A stretch of DNA of 64,000 nt from Anaerolineae bacterium (GTDB taxonomy: Bacteria; Chloroflexota; Anaerolineae; Anaerolineales; Villigracilaceae), in assembly GCA_018648605.1 (NCBI GenBank), contig JABGQU010000001.1, positions 3,390 to 67,389 on the forward strand, read 5' to 3'. Position 1 is the stretch's first letter. Each line of letters begins with the position of its first letter. Below, in pieces: positions 25,217 through 34,207 of the stretch. Made by a program: the position numbers and the translations under genes. The notes beneath the pieces were generated by a model, which made no database searches, had not been told where the DNA came from, and was given only the letters and a program-made list of their open reading frames with translations.

Positions 25217-25936
25217 TTATAGCCCGAAATCGACGAAAGTACCGTAGCGAGCGAGTAACTCAAAGGTGCCGGAGAAAAGCATGATGCCGACAATGACGAG
25301 GACGACGCCCATGGCGATCTCGACATAGTGCATGGCTTTGCCGTATTTGCGCAATGCTGTGCCAACCCAGCCAATACCGAGTGCTGCAACGAGGAAGGGG
25401 ATTGCCAAGCCTGCTGAGTAAGCTGTGAGCAAAGATGCCCCTTGCCCCACATCGCCGCCGTTGATAGCGAGAGTCAGGATCGCGCCTAAAACAGGACCGA
25501 CACAAGGAGACCAGCCTGCTGAGAAGAAAACGCCTAGCAGTACAGATGAAAGATAGCCCCATTTCTGGTCAGGAATGGACTGCACACGCGTATCATACTC
25601 AAGGAAGGGAATGCGATAAACGCCGATCATGTGCAAGCCGAAGATGATAACGACAATGCCACCGATCTTTGCCAACCAAATGCGGATATCGTAAAGGAAG
25701 CCGCCAAAAGCAGATGCAGCTACACCCAAAAGGATGAAAACTATACTGAAGCCAAGGACGAAAGCCAGCCCGTGCGTAAATGTGACGAATTTATTATTTT
25801 CGCCGCCTTCACCACCGGCAGCGCGTCCGCTCAGGTAGCCAACATAGGCTGGCACGAGCGAAAAAACACAAGGGGAGAGAAATGAAGCCAAGCCAGCAAG
25901 AAAGGCTAAGCCAAGCGTAATATTACCGAAATCCAT
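25217..25936 (-). CDS. ccdA: Cytochrome c biogenesis protein CcdA (DsbD transmembrane domain family)
   Basis: 239 aa, six TM segments, two conserved P-C motifs (FLSPCVFSLVP and GWSPCVGPVLG). Confidence 0.85.
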   Translation of the reverse strand: MDFGNITLGLAFLAGLASFLSPCVFSLVPAYVGYLSGRAAGGEGGENNKFVTFTHGLAFVLGFSIVFILLGVAASAFGGFLYDIRIWLAKIGGIVVIIFGLHMIGVYRIPFLEYDTRVQSIPDQKWGYLSSVLLGVFFSAGWSPCVGPVLGAILTLAINGGDVGQGASLLTAYSAGLAIPFLVAALGIGWVGTALRKYGKAMHYVEIAMGVVLVIVGIMLFSGTFELLARYGTFVDFGL

Positions 25937-25956
25937 TGAAATACCTCACTAAAAAT

Positions 25957-27051
25957 TTAAAAAGTGCGTTTTACAACATCGACCTTTGTCCCATGATCGG
26001 GCCAAGTGAGACTAGCTTCGCTCTCATCGAGAGAGACATACGGTGTTGTCCAACGCCAAATCCATTTTGCGTCGGGCGCCTTCGTGTTCACACAACCATG
26101 TGAGCGGCGTGTACCAAAGTCGTTATGCCAAAAAGCAGCGTGAATCGCGATCCCGTCGCCGTTCATAAAGAAAGGCCAACCGACTGCGGGCGTATCATAG
26201 CCGGAACGACCCTCTGTTGATGATGCCCCCATCGGAATAGAGAGTAATTTGCGGTGTGGGTTATATCCACCGGCAGGCGTACGATAACTTTCACTATCAT
26301 AGCCTGTAGAAACACGACAGAAATAGACTTCCTGTTCCCCTTCAAAACAAGAAAGAGTCTGATAGGTGGTATTCACGACAATTTTCTTTTGAAGCGGGTC
26401 TATATCAGGGCTAATGGGCGCAACGTCTTCGGGGGTAAGTTGATATAAGCCAGTTGCGTCTACCCAAAATAGGTCGCCATAACCATAGCGTTCATTACAA
26501 CGATACATGACCTGTCCCGCTTCGGTCGTCATAATCTGATCGATCCAAATAACCTGCCCATAATACAAACGTGGCGTAAACCCGATGGCAACCGCATCCT
26601 TATACCAGCCTGCTCGCGCAGGTGGATTAGCGATGATCAAATCGACATAAGGGACTGTTACTTCCGCCCAAAAGCCAGCTTTTCCATCAGGAATCGCCGC
26701 CAAGGGAATGTTTGGAAAATTCCGCACTGGTTGTAGATCAGGCTCGTAAACATAGCCTTCGGGGGTCTCAACCCAGCGTTTGCTGATCGATTTGGCCGCA
26801 CCAACCACTTCACGCTCCCAAACCACGAGTGCATCTTCGGGGAGCTCACGAACTGTCGCAGCAGCAGGGTGCGGCTCAGTTTTCACCGGCGTTGCGTAGT
26901 AATTTGGGAAAACTGAAACACGCCCCAGGATTTCGCCTTCGGGGAAATCGAGCTTGCCAGCGGGAAGTAACCCTTCGAAGCGACGGAACGCCAGTGCCCC
27001 CAGGCTTGCCCCCGTTAGTTTAAGAAAATCTCGTCGAGAAAATTTTGTCAT
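25957..27051 (-). CDS. L,D-transpeptidase (YkuD fold) with a twin-arginine signal peptide
   Basis: N-terminal SRRDFLKLTG Tat motif. C-terminal catalytic segment IHAAFWHNDFGTRRSHGCVN. Confidence 0.8.
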   Translation of the reverse strand: MTKFSRRDFLKLTGASLGALAFRRFEGLLPAGKLDFPEGEILGRVSVFPNYYATPVKTEPHPAAATVRELPEDALVVWEREVVGAAKSISKRWVETPEGYVYEPDLQPVRNFPNIPLAAIPDGKAGFWAEVTVPYVDLIIANPPARAGWYKDAVAIGFTPRLYYGQVIWIDQIMTTEAGQVMYRCNERYGYGDLFWVDATGLYQLTPEDVAPISPDIDPLQKKIVVNTTYQTLSCFEGEQEVYFCRVSTGYDSESYRTPAGGYNPHRKLLSIPMGASSTEGRSGYDTPAVGWPFFMNGDGIAIHAAFWHNDFGTRRSHGCVNTKAPDAKWIWRWTTPYVSLDESEASLTWPDHGTKVDVVKRTF

Positions 27052-27135
27052 TTGATTTTACCTTCAACAAATGCTGCTTGGAATGTCGCAAGGATACCAT
27101 AAAGAAATGAGCGAAAACTGAGAAGCGCAAGAAAA

Positions 27136-27801
27136 TTATGCCTCCAAAAAAGCATCCAGTGCACGCCGGCAATCCTTGCTCACGCGATGCCCAACATCTG
27201 CCTCACAAAACTGAATTTGTGCACCGGCTTCATCAAGCATTTTAAGCGAAGCACGTCCACGCTCGAAAGAGACTAACTCATCCTGCGTGCCATGTGCCCA
27301 AAAACAGCGGATATTCTTGAGCAAACCTGGGCGCAAAATGGCATCTACACCTTCGGGGATAAAGCCTGCCAGCACAGCCATCTTGTATATGCGGGATGGG
27401 TATAGCGCGGCAAGCGTTGTTGCCAGCGCACCGCCTTGACTAAAGCCGATCACGTCAAAAGTCGTAGATGATATGGAAAGGGTATCAGACCATTCGTCCA
27501 CGAGCGAGACGAGCGCATCCCCCGCAAGTTGCAGTTCTTCACGGGTTGGCGATCCCCATGTGCCGGGCTTCATCTCGCGCCAGGAGTAGCCGCCTTTATC
27601 CTTAGGAGCCAAATAAGGTGCACGCGGTGCAATGATCGCGTAATTTGGCGGGGCATTGCGCATAAACGCCCACATTGAGTTTTCGTCACCTGTCCAGCCA
27701 TGCAAAAGAAGCAGAACGCGGTCAGCGCTTTCATCCACTTGGCTGACGCGAAATGTCCAGCCGAATTGATCCAGAACGGTGCTCTTAGTCTCGATTTGCA
27801 A
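27136..27801 (-). CDS. Alpha/beta hydrolase, phospholipase/carboxylesterase family
   Basis: 221 aa. LLLLHGWTGDE, nucleophile elbow GFSQGG and later GTQDE / GH residues. Confidence 0.75.
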   Translation of the reverse strand: MQIETKSTVLDQFGWTFRVSQVDESADRVLLLLHGWTGDENSMWAFMRNAPPNYAIIAPRAPYLAPKDKGGYSWREMKPGTWGSPTREELQLAGDALVSLVDEWSDTLSISSTTFDVIGFSQGGALATTLAALYPSRIYKMAVLAGFIPEGVDAILRPGLLKNIRCFWAHGTQDELVSFERGRASLKMLDEAGAQIQFCEADVGHRVSKDCRRALDAFLEA

Positions 27802-28012
27802 GTTTCACAACCCAATTTAGTAATAGCATCAATAAGATAATTATAAGAATCGGCGCAAGACCGATCAGCAGACAGCTCAAGCCCATAATGGCTGCGCCTT
27901 TACCGTATATGAAGTAGATCAAACCATCGCCGACGATAAAGAGCACAAGCAGCGCGCCCACGCCTAATTGGACGTTGGTTTGCTTCGCATACTTACGTAA
28001 ATCACGGCTCAT
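27785..28012 (-). CDS. Small two-TM membrane protein (hypothetical)
   Basis: 75 aa. Its ATG overlaps the patatin stop (ATGA) and its 3' end overlaps the esterase start by 17 nt, which supports translation. Confidence 0.5.
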   Translation of the reverse strand: MSRDLRKYAKQTNVQLGVGALLVLFIVGDGLIYFIYGKGAAIMGLSCLLIGLAPILIIILLMLLLNWVVKLANRD

Positions 28013-28896
28013 TTTCTTTTCCTTCCGAAAAGTCGATTGAAAAGACCCTTTGAGTTTTGCATTACACGTTCCAGATCAGGCAAAACAGCTTCGGTAGCTT
28101 TTTCGCCCAAGCGTGCGATGTCTGCCACGATAACCTGATCCAGCAAGCCGATTTCAGATACCGCCGGGCGGACGAGAACATCGGGCGGCTCGATTTTTAA
28201 ACGCAGTTCAGTGATCGCCTGATTGCTCATATCCACTGATTGTAAAAAGATATTCATTGCCTGCGCAACATTCAAACGTGTAATACGCCTGATAAATGAG
28301 TCAGGTATCACGGAGGGGAGCGCCATTGGCAGATGATGCGTCGTTGGCACAAGCGGCGAAGAAAGCGCAACCGCTATAACAGGCAATTTCGGCGCCAAGC
28401 TGCGTGCCAAAGAAACAGGAACTGGATTCAAAACGCCACCATCTACCAGATGGCGACCTTCTGTTTTATAGGGAGGGAAAATACCGGGCACAGCAATACT
28501 TGCCAGGACTGCATCTTTGAGCCTTCCTGAAGACAAAGTTACTTCGCAATTGCAATTCAGATCGGCAGCAGTCAACGCACATGGGATGCGCGTATCAGCA
28601 AAAGTTTTCTCGCCAAGCATTTCATCTAGCCATGCGCTGACTCGGCCCAGCCCCAGCAAGCCCGGTTGTGCGTGTAAACCCAGCTCGTATAATTTGCTTT
28701 GATCTACTTCAGAAAAGATATTTTCAATCTCAACAGGAGAATATCCGGCTGCGTAGAACGCCGCAATCAAACCGCCAATGCTCGTGCCGGCTATGGCAGC
28801 TATTCGATACCCCTCAGCTTCCAAACGACGCAAAACACCGATATGCGAATTCCCCTTTGCCCCACCGCCGCCTAATGCGACAGCTATTTCTTTCAT
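28009..28896 (-). CDS. Patatin-like phospholipase
   Basis: GGGGAKG oxyanion motif, GTSIG serine motif and the catalytic Asp in VDGG. TATAAT is present in the upstream spacer. Confidence 0.85.
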   Translation of the reverse strand: MKEIAVALGGGGAKGNSHIGVLRRLEAEGYRIAAIAGTSIGGLIAAFYAAGYSPVEIENIFSEVDQSKLYELGLHAQPGLLGLGRVSAWLDEMLGEKTFADTRIPCALTAADLNCNCEVTLSSGRLKDAVLASIAVPGIFPPYKTEGRHLVDGGVLNPVPVSLARSLAPKLPVIAVALSSPLVPTTHHLPMALPSVIPDSFIRRITRLNVAQAMNIFLQSVDMSNQAITELRLKIEPPDVLVRPAVSEIGLLDQVIVADIARLGEKATEAVLPDLERVMQNSKGLFNRLFGRKRK

Positions 28897-29050
28897 AAGA
28901 AAACCTGCTTTCCTGTTTTATTTCTAACAGAAAGCATTATACCCGTGTGCTAGCGTTCGGCGCAAAAGAGGCGCCCTTTCTGTGCCAAAATATTACCGAA
29001 GACCTAGTGGATGAAACACATAAAAAGCATCTCCATGTTACAATCGCAAC

Positions 29051-29503
29051 GTGAATATTAAAATCGTTGCCACCAATCGCAAAGCGAAATTTGAATATTT
29101 CCTGCACGAAGAATTTGAAGCTGGAATTGCCTTAAAAGGTTCCGAGATCAAGTCAATTCGCGCCGGACAAATAAGTATCAAAGAAGCCTATATTCGTGTT
29201 ACTGAGAGCGAAGCTTGGCTCATGGAAGCTTATATTGCGCCCTACGCCGAAGCCAATCGCTATAACCATGAGCCACGACGCCCGCGTCAGCTTTTATTGC
29301 ATAAGAGAGAAATTCGTAAACTCAGAGATTCCACCCGTAAAAAAGGTCTCACTGTCATAGCTACCAAGGTTTATCTCAAGGGTGGGCGTGCAAAAGTAGA
29401 GATCGCTCTGGCGCGCGGTAAAAAATTACACGACAAACGCCAAACGATTGCCAATCGAGAGATCGAGCGTGATCTAAAACGTCAAATGCGAAACAGGGAA
29501 TAA
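29051..29503 (+). CDS. smpB: SsrA-binding protein
   Basis: 150 aa. NRKAKFEYFL...GIALKGSEIKSIR...LLLHKREI motifs. GTG start. Confidence 0.95.
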   Translation: MNIKIVATNRKAKFEYFLHEEFEAGIALKGSEIKSIRAGQISIKEAYIRVTESEAWLMEAYIAPYAEANRYNHEPRRPRQLLLHKREIRKLRDSTRKKGLTVIATKVYLKGGRAKVEIALARGKKLHDKRQTIANREIERDLKRQMRNRE

Positions 29504-29505
29504 AA

Positions 29506-30291
29506 ATGAGCGCATCTACCATAGGGCAGATCAACCTCCTGCCTGAGCACGAGAAGCGGGAAATCTATCGGCGCATTATCCCCACAGAGCTGATGGAGCA
29601 CTTCAATCTCAGCCCTTATTTTACTGACATCCAAGGCCGCTCACTGCTTGAGTTAAAATGCAAACCTGGCAGCACCAGTGTTGAGCTTTCCCTCTTTCAC
29701 GAATACGGCTTTCAAGATCCGGTTCTCTACGGACATCTAACCGATACGATGAACGGGCAGATCCATATTTTGCTTTACATTTTGAATGATCCCGCTTCGC
29801 CGCGTTTTGATGTGGATGTGATGCCGGATGGAGAAATGACCAGGTTCGGTACATTTCGGCGTAACCTCGAAGCGGAGCGGAACGCCCTCCAATTTGGCTT
29901 GGCTCCGGGGCAAATTCGCAGTGGACTCGGGCTCCTGACATCTGCTACCAACGCTTTTGAGCATTTTGTCGAAAGCCTCGGGCATGATATATATTTTGTC
30001 GAGCCGCTTTATTACCATAATGCGATCATCTTCGAGCGTTACGGGTTCGCCTATCAGGTCGGCAAAAAGCTGATGGAACGGATTCAAGCCGAATTCACGA
30101 GCGAATCGGAAATATCCAAAATGCTGGACGGCAGCTCAGATTTCCGTCAACCCGAAGCGCGGGAAAGCATCCGCTTGCGCTCTTGGGCGATCCACGACGG
30201 GATTTTGGGTGAGCCTTTTACGAATGTAACAATGTATAAACATGTGGGCAAAGCAACAGGAACCAATACTGCCTTAGGAATGCACTGGTAA
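29506..30291 (+). CDS. Conserved-looking hypothetical protein tightly coupled to smpB
   Basis: 261-aa ORF starting 3 nt after the smpB stop. No family recognised. The C-terminal HNAIIFERYGFAY segment is vaguely GNAT-like. Confidence 0.65.
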   Translation: MSASTIGQINLLPEHEKREIYRRIIPTELMEHFNLSPYFTDIQGRSLLELKCKPGSTSVELSLFHEYGFQDPVLYGHLTDTMNGQIHILLYILNDPASPRFDVDVMPDGEMTRFGTFRRNLEAERNALQFGLAPGQIRSGLGLLTSATNAFEHFVESLGHDIYFVEPLYYHNAIIFERYGFAYQVGKKLMERIQAEFTSESEISKMLDGSSDFRQPEARESIRLRSWAIHDGILGEPFTNVTMYKHVGKATGTNTALGMHW

Positions 30292-30293
30292 GC

Positions 30294-30328
30294 AAATCCG
30301 GCTCCCACAAAGGAGCCGGATTTGTTTT
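30294..30328 (+). terminator. Intrinsic terminator (usable from both directions)
   Basis: AAATCCGGCTCC / GGAGCCGGATTT 12-bp stem with loop CACAAA, then GTTTT. Confidence 0.8.
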
Positions 30329-30347
30329 AGGCTATTACTCTAGAAAC

Positions 30348-31436
30348 TTAATCTCTAGGCTTCAGAAGTCCCCAACGTCCTGCCGCGAGATAAAGGATTT
30401 CAAGAATTAAATCTTCATATGTGATGCCATCTGCTGCAGCCTGAATGCAGAGATCGCTATAACCGGGGGTCAAGCCAGGTAGAGGGTTGATCTCGATCAG
30501 GCAAGGATTTTCATCGGAATCAAGCCGAATATCCACGCGCGAAACGTCCAATGCGCCTAAAAGACGATGGGCGCGCAGAGCTAAACGCCGCATCTTTTTT
30601 GCCAGTTTTTCATCCACATCAGCAGGACAAAGATATTCTGGTGCACCATCTTCTCCCAATTGTTGTGCTTTGGCAGCATGGCTGTAAATCCCTGGTGTAG
30701 CGGATTTTGCTGTATTCAACTCAAGAATAGCCAAGCGATGAAAACCATCTTTGGCGTACCATTCTGGATGGCGACTAAAGCGTTTGGCATCGGGTCTGCC
30801 GATTTGACCCACAGTGAATTCTCGCCCTGGCAGATATTTCTCTACAAGAGCAGGCTGCTTATAAGTTTGGATGATGTAATTGGCACGTTCGCGTAAATCA
30901 GCTTCGTTTTCAACTCGCGCTTTCATATCGACACCCATCCCCGTTCCTTCGCTGGACGGTTTTACAAAAAGCGGAAATTTAAGTTCAGGGCGCAGTCGCT
31001 CATCACCATAGATAAATTCCTGAAATGAGCCAACTGGCAGATTGCGATCTCGCCAGATTCTTTTCGTTAGAGTCTTATCCAAGGCTATCGCGTTGGTCAA
31101 CACTCGTGAACCAGTATAGGGGGTTTTTAACATCTCTAACAAAGATGGTACCTGGGCTTCACGTGCATCCCCGCCTAGCCCTTCGGCGATATTGAAACAA
31201 ATATCAGGTTGGTATTTCTTTAAGGCGTAGGGCAAATCTTCATCTGCCGCGATAAAGACTGTTTCATGCCCATCTGTCTCAATAGCTGCCTGAATGGATT
31301 TGATCGTGTCGATATGATCAAAATCCGCATAAGCATCGGGGGGCACGTCGGCTGGGCGTGCCTGATTTTCATCTTTGATATTGGCTAAAACAGCTACACG
31401 CCACTGCTTTTTCTCTTGCTGAACTGCCTCGGACAT
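30348..31436 (-). CDS. ATP-grasp ligase of the D-alanine--D-alanine ligase family (non-canonical N-terminus)
   Basis: 362 aa. Central and C-terminal ATP-grasp motifs (DKTLTKRIW, FPLFVKPS.EGTG.GV, ALVEKYLPGREFTV, RVDIRLD...EINPLPG). Lacks the canonical Ddl N-terminal GG.S.E motif. Confidence 0.75.
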   Translation of the reverse strand: MSEAVQQEKKQWRVAVLANIKDENQARPADVPPDAYADFDHIDTIKSIQAAIETDGHETVFIAADEDLPYALKKYQPDICFNIAEGLGGDAREAQVPSLLEMLKTPYTGSRVLTNAIALDKTLTKRIWRDRNLPVGSFQEFIYGDERLRPELKFPLFVKPSSEGTGMGVDMKARVENEADLRERANYIIQTYKQPALVEKYLPGREFTVGQIGRPDAKRFSRHPEWYAKDGFHRLAILELNTAKSATPGIYSHAAKAQQLGEDGAPEYLCPADVDEKLAKKMRRLALRAHRLLGALDVSRVDIRLDSDENPCLIEINPLPGLTPGYSDLCIQAAADGITYEDLILEILYLAAGRWGLLKPRD

Positions 31437-31561
31437 TTTTACTCCTTACAGAAGGGTACTGGGTGGTTTTTGCATTAAGATTCGAGATTATACAATCTTA
31501 TTTTCTAAAAGAGAATGTTTTTCAGTGTCATCAAAATCTATTCAATTTATCCTCTGCCAAA

Positions 31562-32674
31562 TTACGCATCAAGACGGTAAGTATGATACGCGTTTTCGCA
31601 GGGGTTTCCCCATGCAATGTGCATCTCACGTGTCGTCAAATCCATAACCAGCGCATTGATAGTCTTTTCGGTATCCAGAAGATTATCTTCTCCAAAATCA
31701 TGTTTACAAATGGAATTGGGGTAATTAACATGGTCACGTTGAATACCCTGGAGCGACGCTACTGTATGATCTTGCGATTGACTCAACAAGCGCAGTGCCC
31801 GAAAATAACGGATTCGAGATGAGATCAACTCCTCCGGATTATGTTCTATTTTTTGCATATTTGCTGAGAGGTAGTGATTCGTATGAACGATATATCCATC
31901 TTTGTTATAAATAATGTTGAAGCGTCTGGCAGATACTTCGACACTGTATATTTCTCCGCTTTCGTGAGCAATGACATGATTATAACCCGCCGCACGATGC
32001 TGAATAAGCGCGTGATGAATCGCCCCGCCTGGCGTTTTAGATGCTAATACAGCACGAGAAAGAATAATGCGAGGAATACCAATGCGAGAATCATTTGGAT
32101 GCACGGAATTGATTAGTTGAGCAATCCCGTAGGCATTCATCCCTACATTGGGAATTAATCCACCGTACGTCATAGCAAGATAGGCAGGGTCATCTTTTGG
32201 CTTGGCGTGGATCACAAAAACATCGTCTTCTTCATCTGGTACCCAATCTTCATTATGCGCAGCCAAAACATGACCATCGGCAGTGCATTGTTCATTTACA
32301 GCCATACTCGTACAACGCGTTAGATGCAAGGCATCTGTAGTAACAGCCTCCATTACGTTCAAGACCACCACTTCATCAAAAGGAATATTAGCACCTTCAG
32401 CAATCCCTTGCATTTCCTCTACATATTGAGGATAGCTTTCTTGTGCAAAAGGCAGGTATTTACGTGCTTGGATTTGTGCCCCTTCCCAAGTTAATCCAAG
32501 ATCGTTGTAAGCCTGCTTAAATAATTTACGAGCTGTCTCTACGCTTTTCTGGATATTTGAGCGGCGCGCTTCGCCGATTTGTCGTCCCATTTCCCGATGT
32601 GTTCCTGAAATGCAAAGCAAAGGAGGTGGGCTGGAATGAATTGGGGTTTGAAAATTTCTTTTTGTTGTTGACAT
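31562..32674 (-). CDS. C45 family peptidase / acyl-CoA:6-aminopenicillanic-acid acyltransferase-like Ntn hydrolase
   Basis: ATG at 32674 preceded by AAGGA. The G.H.EMG.Q.G N-terminal motif and the candidate nucleophile in LTRCTSMAV fit C45/IAT-like proteins. Confidence 0.7.
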   Translation of the reverse strand: MSTTKRNFQTPIHSSPPPLLCISGTHREMGRQIGEARRSNIQKSVETARKLFKQAYNDLGLTWEGAQIQARKYLPFAQESYPQYVEEMQGIAEGANIPFDEVVVLNVMEAVTTDALHLTRCTSMAVNEQCTADGHVLAAHNEDWVPDEEDDVFVIHAKPKDDPAYLAMTYGGLIPNVGMNAYGIAQLINSVHPNDSRIGIPRIILSRAVLASKTPGGAIHHALIQHRAAGYNHVIAHESGEIYSVEVSARRFNIIYNKDGYIVHTNHYLSANMQKIEHNPEELISSRIRYFRALRLLSQSQDHTVASLQGIQRDHVNYPNSICKHDFGEDNLLDTEKTINALVMDLTTREMHIAWGNPCENAYHTYRLDA

Positions 32675-32705
32675 TTTTTCCTTTAGATAAGAGAAGTACA
32701 AATTC

Positions 32706-34055
32706 TCACTGAATATACTGCAAAAAATGTGCTGCCAAACTCAGGAAGATAAAAAAGCCCATACTATCTGTGGCTGCAGTGACCAACACTGAAGAAGCCA
32801 AGGCTGGGTCAATGCCGATCTTCTCTAAACCCAAAGGAACGGCTATGCCGACCAGTGACCCTAAACTTAAGTTTGCAACCAAAGCCAAACCTAAGACAAG
32901 GCTCAGATAAAGATTACCGCGCCAAAGATAGACCCCAAACGCAACGACCGAACCGACTGCCAGCCCTAAAAGAAACCCCATATATAACTGGCGAAAGATG
33001 ATCCTGCGCTGCGAACGTGAGCTTACGCGCTCCAGTGCAAGCGTGCGCACTGCCATGGCAACATTCTGGCTGGCAGTATTGCCTCCCTGCCCGGCTACCA
33101 CAGATTGGAATAATGCCAGCACCGCTGCCTGTGCGATGATTTGTTCATAATTGCTAATTACCCATGCGCCAAAAAGTGCCGTGATCGTGTTCAGGTATAG
33201 CCAGGGCAAGCGCCCCTTGAGCTGTTTCCAAACAGAGCTATCAGGGTCAAGATCGCTATCGGAAACATTTGAAAGACGATAGATATCCTCAGTGGCTTCT
33301 TCTTCAAGAACATCCACAATATCGTCATAGGTAATGACGCCCATGATGATATTGTCTTCATCCACTACAGGGATTGCGGCAAGATCATAATGTGCCATCG
33401 TGCGCGCACACTCTTCTTGATCGATGCCTACTGTAACCGAGAGAACGTCTGGATCCATGATGGTTTTGATGAAACTCTCAGGGTTTGTCAAGATCAGCGT
33501 GCGCAAATTGACCACCCCGCATAACTTCTTGTCATCATCAACCACGAAAAGATAATAAACATCATCTGCGTCTGGACTCCAGCGCCGAAGGGCTTCGACT
33601 GCATCTCTTGCGGTCATCATCGGGCGCAATGCGAGGAAAGCAGATGTCATCAAACCGCCCGCGCTTTCGTCGGGGTAAATGAGAAGAGGGCGCAACCCAT
33701 CTGCATCATCCAGGCGTGCCAAAACATCCTGTTTTTGCTGCTCTGTTAAGTCGCCAAGCAAGTCAACGGCTTTGTCTGGCTCCATCTCGTCCACAATGCG
33801 AGCGATAGTGTCAATGGGCAGGGAGGATGCCAGTTTCGCAGTTTCAGGGTCATCCATGTCTTCAAGGATGTCTGCTGAATAGGAGAGATCAAGCTTGGGG
33901 AGCAACTCTCTTTGTTCTTCATCTTCTAACTCTGAAAAAAGCCTTGCCTGATCAGGTCCGCGCAAAGCTTCGATCATTTGGATCGCGGAATCAAAATCAT
34001 CGCGCTCAAGCGCGTCTTGCAGGACGGTCAATAATTCTTCTGCATTAAAGATCAT
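32706..34055 (-). CDS. mgtE: Magnesium transporter MgtE
   Basis: N-domain, two CBS domains (PMMTARDAVEALR..., DLAAIPVVDEDNIIMGVITYDDIVD) and a C-terminal TM domain with a VTAATDSMGFF-type motif. Start set at the ATG with proper SD spacing. Confidence 0.9.
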   Translation of the reverse strand: MIFNAEELLTVLQDALERDDFDSAIQMIEALRGPDQARLFSELEDEEQRELLPKLDLSYSADILEDMDDPETAKLASSLPIDTIARIVDEMEPDKAVDLLGDLTEQQKQDVLARLDDADGLRPLLIYPDESAGGLMTSAFLALRPMMTARDAVEALRRWSPDADDVYYLFVVDDDKKLCGVVNLRTLILTNPESFIKTIMDPDVLSVTVGIDQEECARTMAHYDLAAIPVVDEDNIIMGVITYDDIVDVLEEEATEDIYRLSNVSDSDLDPDSSVWKQLKGRLPWLYLNTITALFGAWVISNYEQIIAQAAVLALFQSVVAGQGGNTASQNVAMAVRTLALERVSSRSQRRIIFRQLYMGFLLGLAVGSVVAFGVYLWRGNLYLSLVLGLALVANLSLGSLVGIAVPLGLEKIGIDPALASSVLVTAATDSMGFFIFLSLAAHFLQYIQ

Positions 34056-34207
34056 GAGAATACCTTTCAAACTCCCCCAGAGCGATAAGACAATAATCTA
34101 CCCTAAGAGAGCATATAGAATGGACGCTTTTCGCGCCCGCTAGAACTAGGGACAGATTCGTCGTTCATTTTTTTCCTTTGTTTATGCTTTATTTAAGTTA
34201 CACCATG

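Noticed and set aside
28009-28896. Patatin phospholipase as an effector of an anti-phage system (CBASS-like).
   Set aside because: No cyclase, sensor, E1/E2, nuclease or other defence partner is nearby. The neighbours are a small TM protein and an esterase, which fits lipid metabolism better.
28897-29050. A tmRNA (ssrA) gene next to smpB.
   Set aside because: The 154-bp spacer has no tRNA-like acceptor/T-arm ends and no tag reading frame, and it is too short for a tmRNA. Nothing similar follows the downstream gene.
34056-34207. An M-box (ykoK) riboswitch in the mgtE leader.
   Set aside because: The context is right, but I could not find the conserved M-box core sequences by eye. It is therefore reported only as an unexplained long leader, and a covariance-model scan is needed.
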